From positions 1-56,375 of the IMG/VR virus record IMGVR_UViG_3300045922_001059: a stretch of DNA of 56,375 nt. One strand, written 5' to 3'. This stretch comes from a virus (lineage: Duplodnaviria > Caudoviricetes). The first letter of the stretch is position 1, and each line of letters opens with the position of its first letter. This document shows positions 55,848 through 56,375 of this stretch, piece by piece. The notes below the pieces were generated by a model. It worked only from the letters and a program-made list of their open reading frames with translations. It was not told the origin of the DNA and searched no databases. A program made the position numbers and the translations under genes.

Positions 55848-56375
55848 GAGCCGTTAGAAAAAGAAAACCCGCCCCAAAAGCGCAGACTTCGTGAGCAGCC
55901 GTCAACGGCTTCAGGACGGCCCCTCAGACTCCGGGCTAGCGGGCTCCAGCGGCCTCCGACGCAATACCGGAGATCCGCTGACCGCCACGCTGCGCCCTGC
56001 GCTTCTCGGGGCCTATGTTCGGGCGTGCGCCCCTCGGCGCTACACGCCCTCAAAGGAGGAGCGCGCATTCCCCACCCGCCTGAAGGCGGGCGTCCCCTGC
56101 GCGCAATTTCTATGGCCCCCTCGAACAGGAGCACCAGCCTCCCGAAGCTGCAGAGGCGCGCACACCACGACCGGGAATGTAGCGCCATCCAATCCCCCAT
56201 ATTACAACCTTCACGGGTCACCCCCCTGTGAACAGCAGCGCATCACGACACTCAGCGGCCTCTCATGGGCCCTCCCCATGAGCCCGGCAAATTCGCCTGC
56301 GCAAATATCCTTTCGCGGGTCCACCCCACGAACACAGAAAGCTCCAGAATATTCCGGAGCCCTCCGGAATTCTCC

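Larger units (their letters stand above)
55386..56111 (-). mobile_element. IS200/IS605-family remnant with left-end hairpin
   Basis: CCCGCCT-GA-AGGCGGG hairpin (56075-56090) nested in GCGCGCA/TGCGCGC, ~280 bp upstream of tnpB; no right end found. Confidence 0.55.

Overview
The window is almost entirely one minus-strand, high-GC tailed phage or prophage (siphovirus-like) region. In transcription order (right to left) it starts with a truncated IS200/IS605 tnpB remnant, a Ro60/TROVE gene followed by two tandem Y-RNA-like hairpins, and a double Com-like zinc-ribbon gene with a terminator. Next is an ~13 kb array of Arg-rich proteins; seven of them share the leader [FW]xSxxQRKAVMAxL on unrelated bodies (sigma-70-like factor, P-loop protein, HExxH peptidase, membrane proteins). 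The structural module follows: terminase, portal, scaffold, major capsid, head-tail connectors interleaved with more Arg-rich genes, a GT4-methyltransferase-GT2 fusion, tail tube, tail chaperone with a predicted -1 frameshift, a 2239-aa tape measure and tail tip. It ends with a cluster of signal-peptide-bearing fibre/carbohydrate-binding proteins and a holin-like gene abutting a second IS200/IS605 end. The best candidates for undescribed biology are (1) the shared-leader cargo array, possibly a capsid-targeting/ejection system, and (2) the minimal animal-like Y RNAs next to Ro60. All family calls come from reading motifs by eye; no database searches were run.
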